DNA from: a virus
Taxonomy: Duplodnaviria; Caudoviricetes
Length of the DNA: 36,392 nucleotides
IMG/VR virus record: IMGVR_UViG_3300005611_000089
Span: 1-36,392 of that record
Direction: 5' to 3' (one strand)
The position numbers were made by a program, and so were the translations under genes. The notes under the pieces were generated by a model that did no database searches, was not told where the DNA came from, and saw only the letters and a list, made by a program, of their open reading frames with translations. Of the stretch, positions 33,859 to 36,392 are shown in pieces. Each line of letters opens with the position of its first letter. Positions within the stretch are counted from its first letter, which is position 1.

Positions 33859-34344
33859 CTAACCTCTGTTCATGTAATTGAAGTTGACACCACTAACCTT
33901 GAAACCTTTCTGCTCATATAGGGCAGTTGTCTTCTCAACGTTAACGCCTGTACTAATTCCGATGTTAATCTGACGGGGTTGTACCCCTTGCCCCCTAGCC
34001 CATGCAACGTACTCATCTAACAAAGATGGTGCAATCTTCTTGCCTTGGTGGGTTGGTGTGATATACAATAACAAATCTGAAGAAGATAAGCTATCCCCCC
34101 ACCAATAATCTGCAACAAATCCCATGAACATCCCAACAATGGTGTAATGCTCCCCGTCATACTCCTCTGCCACAAACACACACATATGCTCCTGCTCTAT
34201 CATCTCCCATATGCTGGATACTGTCTTGTCATAGCTGTAGTGGCTGTACTTAAAGGAGGAATTGTCGTGTAATTCCTTGACAAGTTGCTCCAGTGCTGGT
34301 ATATCCCGCTTCTGTCCTGCCCGTATATCTATAATCGTGCTCAT
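33859..34344 (-). CDS. GNAT-family acetyltransferase-like protein
   Basis: IRAGQKRDIPAL, LYITPTHQGKKIA (motif A), ALYEQKGF. Confidence 0.82.
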   Translation of the reverse strand: MSTIIDIRAGQKRDIPALEQLVKELHDNSSFKYSHYSYDKTVSSIWEMIEQEHMCVFVAEEYDGEHYTIVGMFMGFVADYWWGDSLSSSDLLLYITPTHQGKKIAPSLLDEYVAWARGQGVQPRQINIGISTGVNVEKTTALYEQKGFKVSGVNFNYMNRG

Positions 34345-34353
34345 GTCAACACC

Positions 34354-35847
34354 TCAATAGTTGAATGGGTCGTAATCTTGCGCTGTGTGCTGCTGATGCG
34401 TGAAGCTTAGAGCGTCCTGCCTCTTCCTCTTAGAGGACTGGGCGGGGTTCCACATACACATCATCAAACTATCTGCCATGTTAGGGCTTGCAATCCCTTC
34501 TTTCTTCATATCTTGCTTGTTCATTATCTGAATCAGGCCCCCATTGCTGTGCTTGCTGGGGATACGGCACACCTCACTACGTAGCTGGGCTATATTGGCG
34601 ATACCGTCCTTGTCAAGGCTGATGCACTCGTCGGGGTCTGCGTATACTCCATGCTCCACTAGGCGATATGTATTATAAAACCTGCGTGCTAGGGCCGTAT
34701 AGTACTGTGCCCTGTTGTTCTTGAACGTGTCACGGTAGGTGTACTGCTTCTGCCCCTGCTGGTGGCTGTCCTTCTCGTACACTCTGTCCGCATTGTCCTG
34801 ACCTGAGCCACTACTACTACCCTTGAACATGTGGAAGTCTGTACGTGTGCCTGCTAGTGTGTCGTGTACCTGCCTCTTGAGGCCTGTGCCCATGCCATCA
34901 CCATCCCACACGAACCAGTCCACGCGTTCCTGTAGGGCTATACTTGTGGCCCAATCACACTTCTCATCAATCTCACCGTGTTGCTTAGCTGCCACCTTTG
35001 TGATGACGCTCCCATGGCGTATGGCTAATCCTGCATCATCGTTACCGCTGTCACTAGGGTCATGGGCTGCTACCATCACACCACGAGCTTTGAAGAATTC
35101 CTCGTACTTGTCTATCTTGTGGGCGTCTATGGCTGCATCGAACCACTCAGACTTGATGATAGAGTTCTCCACCTCGTCGTTGAACGCACCTTCCCATACC
35201 CACTCATACTTAGCACGGGTCAGGTTAGCACGGTCATAGCGTCGTAAGGCGTCTGCCTCGTCTGTCCACCATGGGTTATCACGCCAGTTGATGACAACAA
35301 TGAGGTGCATGTCATCCTCGTAGTACCCATCCCTGTCCAGCCACTTCTTGAACGGGGCAATGAACCTCTTACTGAATGGGTCACCTTGGCTCTGTGGGTT
35401 GGCACTGAACCAGCACTCAGCCCCTTTGTTACGTAGGATGGTGGGTAGGAGCTTATCCAGTGTCTCTTGGCTTATGGTGTGTGCCTCTTCAAACCACGAG
35501 TACTTGAACCCTTGTGCGGACTGTATGCTGTTAGGGTTACGTGCTGCACCCTTGTATACGGTGCGTGCCCCATTAGGTGCAATGATGCTGTCACGCTGTA
35601 TTGTCCATCCCTCCAGCTTCAGGCGGTCATTGACACTACCTTCAAACACACGGTGCACAGAGTCGGCTATTGAGTCTTGGAACTCACGTAGGCAATATAC
35701 ATCTGCCTCTTCCGTAAGCATCTTGAACGTAAGCATATCACCGAACCCAAGTGACTTACCTGAGCCACGGCCACCAATAGCTACTTTAATTTGCTTGTTC
35801 TTGGTTAGGAATGGCTCAAGCTTCTTGCTTACTTGTAATGCAGGCAT
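34354..35847 (-). CDS. terL: Terminase large subunit, Sf6-like headful type
   Basis: KVAIGGRGSGKS Walker A, CLREFQDSIADSV, WFEEAH Walker B, AHDPSDSG...RHGSV nuclease motif, SPNMADSLMM. Confidence 0.95.
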   Translation of the reverse strand: MPALQVSKKLEPFLTKNKQIKVAIGGRGSGKSLGFGDMLTFKMLTEEADVYCLREFQDSIADSVHRVFEGSVNDRLKLEGWTIQRDSIIAPNGARTVYKGAARNPNSIQSAQGFKYSWFEEAHTISQETLDKLLPTILRNKGAECWFSANPQSQGDPFSKRFIAPFKKWLDRDGYYEDDMHLIVVINWRDNPWWTDEADALRRYDRANLTRAKYEWVWEGAFNDEVENSIIKSEWFDAAIDAHKIDKYEEFFKARGVMVAAHDPSDSGNDDAGLAIRHGSVITKVAAKQHGEIDEKCDWATSIALQERVDWFVWDGDGMGTGLKRQVHDTLAGTRTDFHMFKGSSSGSGQDNADRVYEKDSHQQGQKQYTYRDTFKNNRAQYYTALARRFYNTYRLVEHGVYADPDECISLDKDGIANIAQLRSEVCRIPSKHSNGGLIQIMNKQDMKKEGIASPNMADSLMMCMWNPAQSSKRKRQDALSFTHQQHTAQDYDPFNY

Positions 35848-35850
35848 ACG

Positions 35851-36045
35851 TTACAGTGCTCCGTTGTTTGCCAGAGACTTAAGGAAGCCTATTAGGAAGT
35901 ACACAACCACCACTAGGAACACGTATAGGACGGCTATGAGCCTATCACGCATAACACTACTCATATCAGTGTGGTCATCTAGCCAGTCATGTAGCAGGTA
36001 GACAGCGAATGGAACAATGATGAGGAACACGAATATCATATACAT
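35851..36045 (-). CDS. Small two-TM membrane protein
   Basis: Two hydrophobic stretches. Confidence 0.7.
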   Translation of the reverse strand: MYMIFVFLIIVPFAVYLLHDWLDDHTDMSSVMRDRLIAVLYVFLVVVVYFLIGFLKSLANNGAL

Positions 36046-36047
36046 AG

Positions 36048-36203
36048 CTAAGCCTTATTGTTGAAAGATTGCCACACGTCGTAACATATACAGAACACAA
36101 GTGCACCTACGAATACACCTACCGTTAAGCCTGCTGTAACACCTGCAATGCCTAGAGTGAGTGTGAGTAGGTTATCAAGTAGCACAATACCTGTGATGCT
36201 CAT
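36048..36203 (-). CDS. Small membrane protein, 51 aa (below the track cutoff)
   Basis: MSITGIVLLDNLLTLTLGIAGVTAGLTVGVFVGALVFCICYDVWQSFNNKA; tightly packed between neighbours. Confidence 0.65.
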   Translation of the reverse strand: MSITGIVLLDNLLTLTLGIAGVTAGLTVGVFVGALVFCICYDVWQSFNNKA

Positions 36204-36204
36204 G

Positions 36205-36318
36205 TTATTTAAACCTATAGTGCATGTAGATTAAGAAGCCTACCACATAGACCACTATGCCAATACATCCCCCTAGTGCGAAGTCTAAGGCCCCTTGGCT
36301 TATTGTGAATTCAACCAT
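36205..36318 (-). CDS. Small membrane protein, 37 aa (below the track cutoff)
   Basis: GGAG RBS; TAATG coupling to the 67-aa gene; MVEFTISQGALDFALGGCIGIVVYVVGFLIYMHYRFK. Confidence 0.65.
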   Translation of the reverse strand: MVEFTISQGALDFALGGCIGIVVYVVGFLIYMHYRFK

Positions 36319-36392
36319 TAATGTACACTCCCTGTGTCTCTGTCGTAATCCACATACAACGATATGAAGTAGTTGGAGCCTTTGTATTGGAA
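36316..36392. repeat. Second copy of the 77-nt terminal overlap
   Basis: Identical to 1-77. Confidence 0.95.

Overview
The window is a complete dsDNA phage genome of 36,315 bp. The first 77 nt are repeated exactly at 36316-36392, which looks like an assembler overlap on a circular contig. It is a podovirus with two convergent arms. The + arm (about 1.3-15.3 kb) carries early and replication genes: HNH-AP2 endonuclease, many small acidic or membrane proteins, T7-type primase-helicase, Tyr762-type PolA, probable SSB, 5'-3' exonuclease, HNH nuclease, dNMP kinase-like protein and a metallophosphoesterase. The - arm carries terS, an Sf6-type headful terL, a GNAT protein, a T7/BPP-1-type portal, scaffold, major capsid, decoration, tail tube A/B, internal virion proteins, tail fibre, an M15 endolysin and a holin. 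I found no phage RNA polymerase, integrase, repressor, tRNA or CRISPR array; the promoters look like host sigma70 promoters. A near-consensus LexA box suggests a gammaproteobacterial host (inference). The most unusual features are: (1) an insertion between the scaffold and capsid genes with a ~350-nt heavily base-paired non-coding element and an oppositely oriented two-gene operon ending in a very acidic HigA-like protein; (2) a structured capsid mRNA leader with two related C-loop-like hairpins; (3) a LexA box abutting a leftward promoter aimed at a repeat array and the packaging genes; (4) a second, truncated antitoxin-like gene; (5) a family of 3-4 diverged paralogous small early proteins. 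All product calls come from motif recognition by eye; no searches were run.
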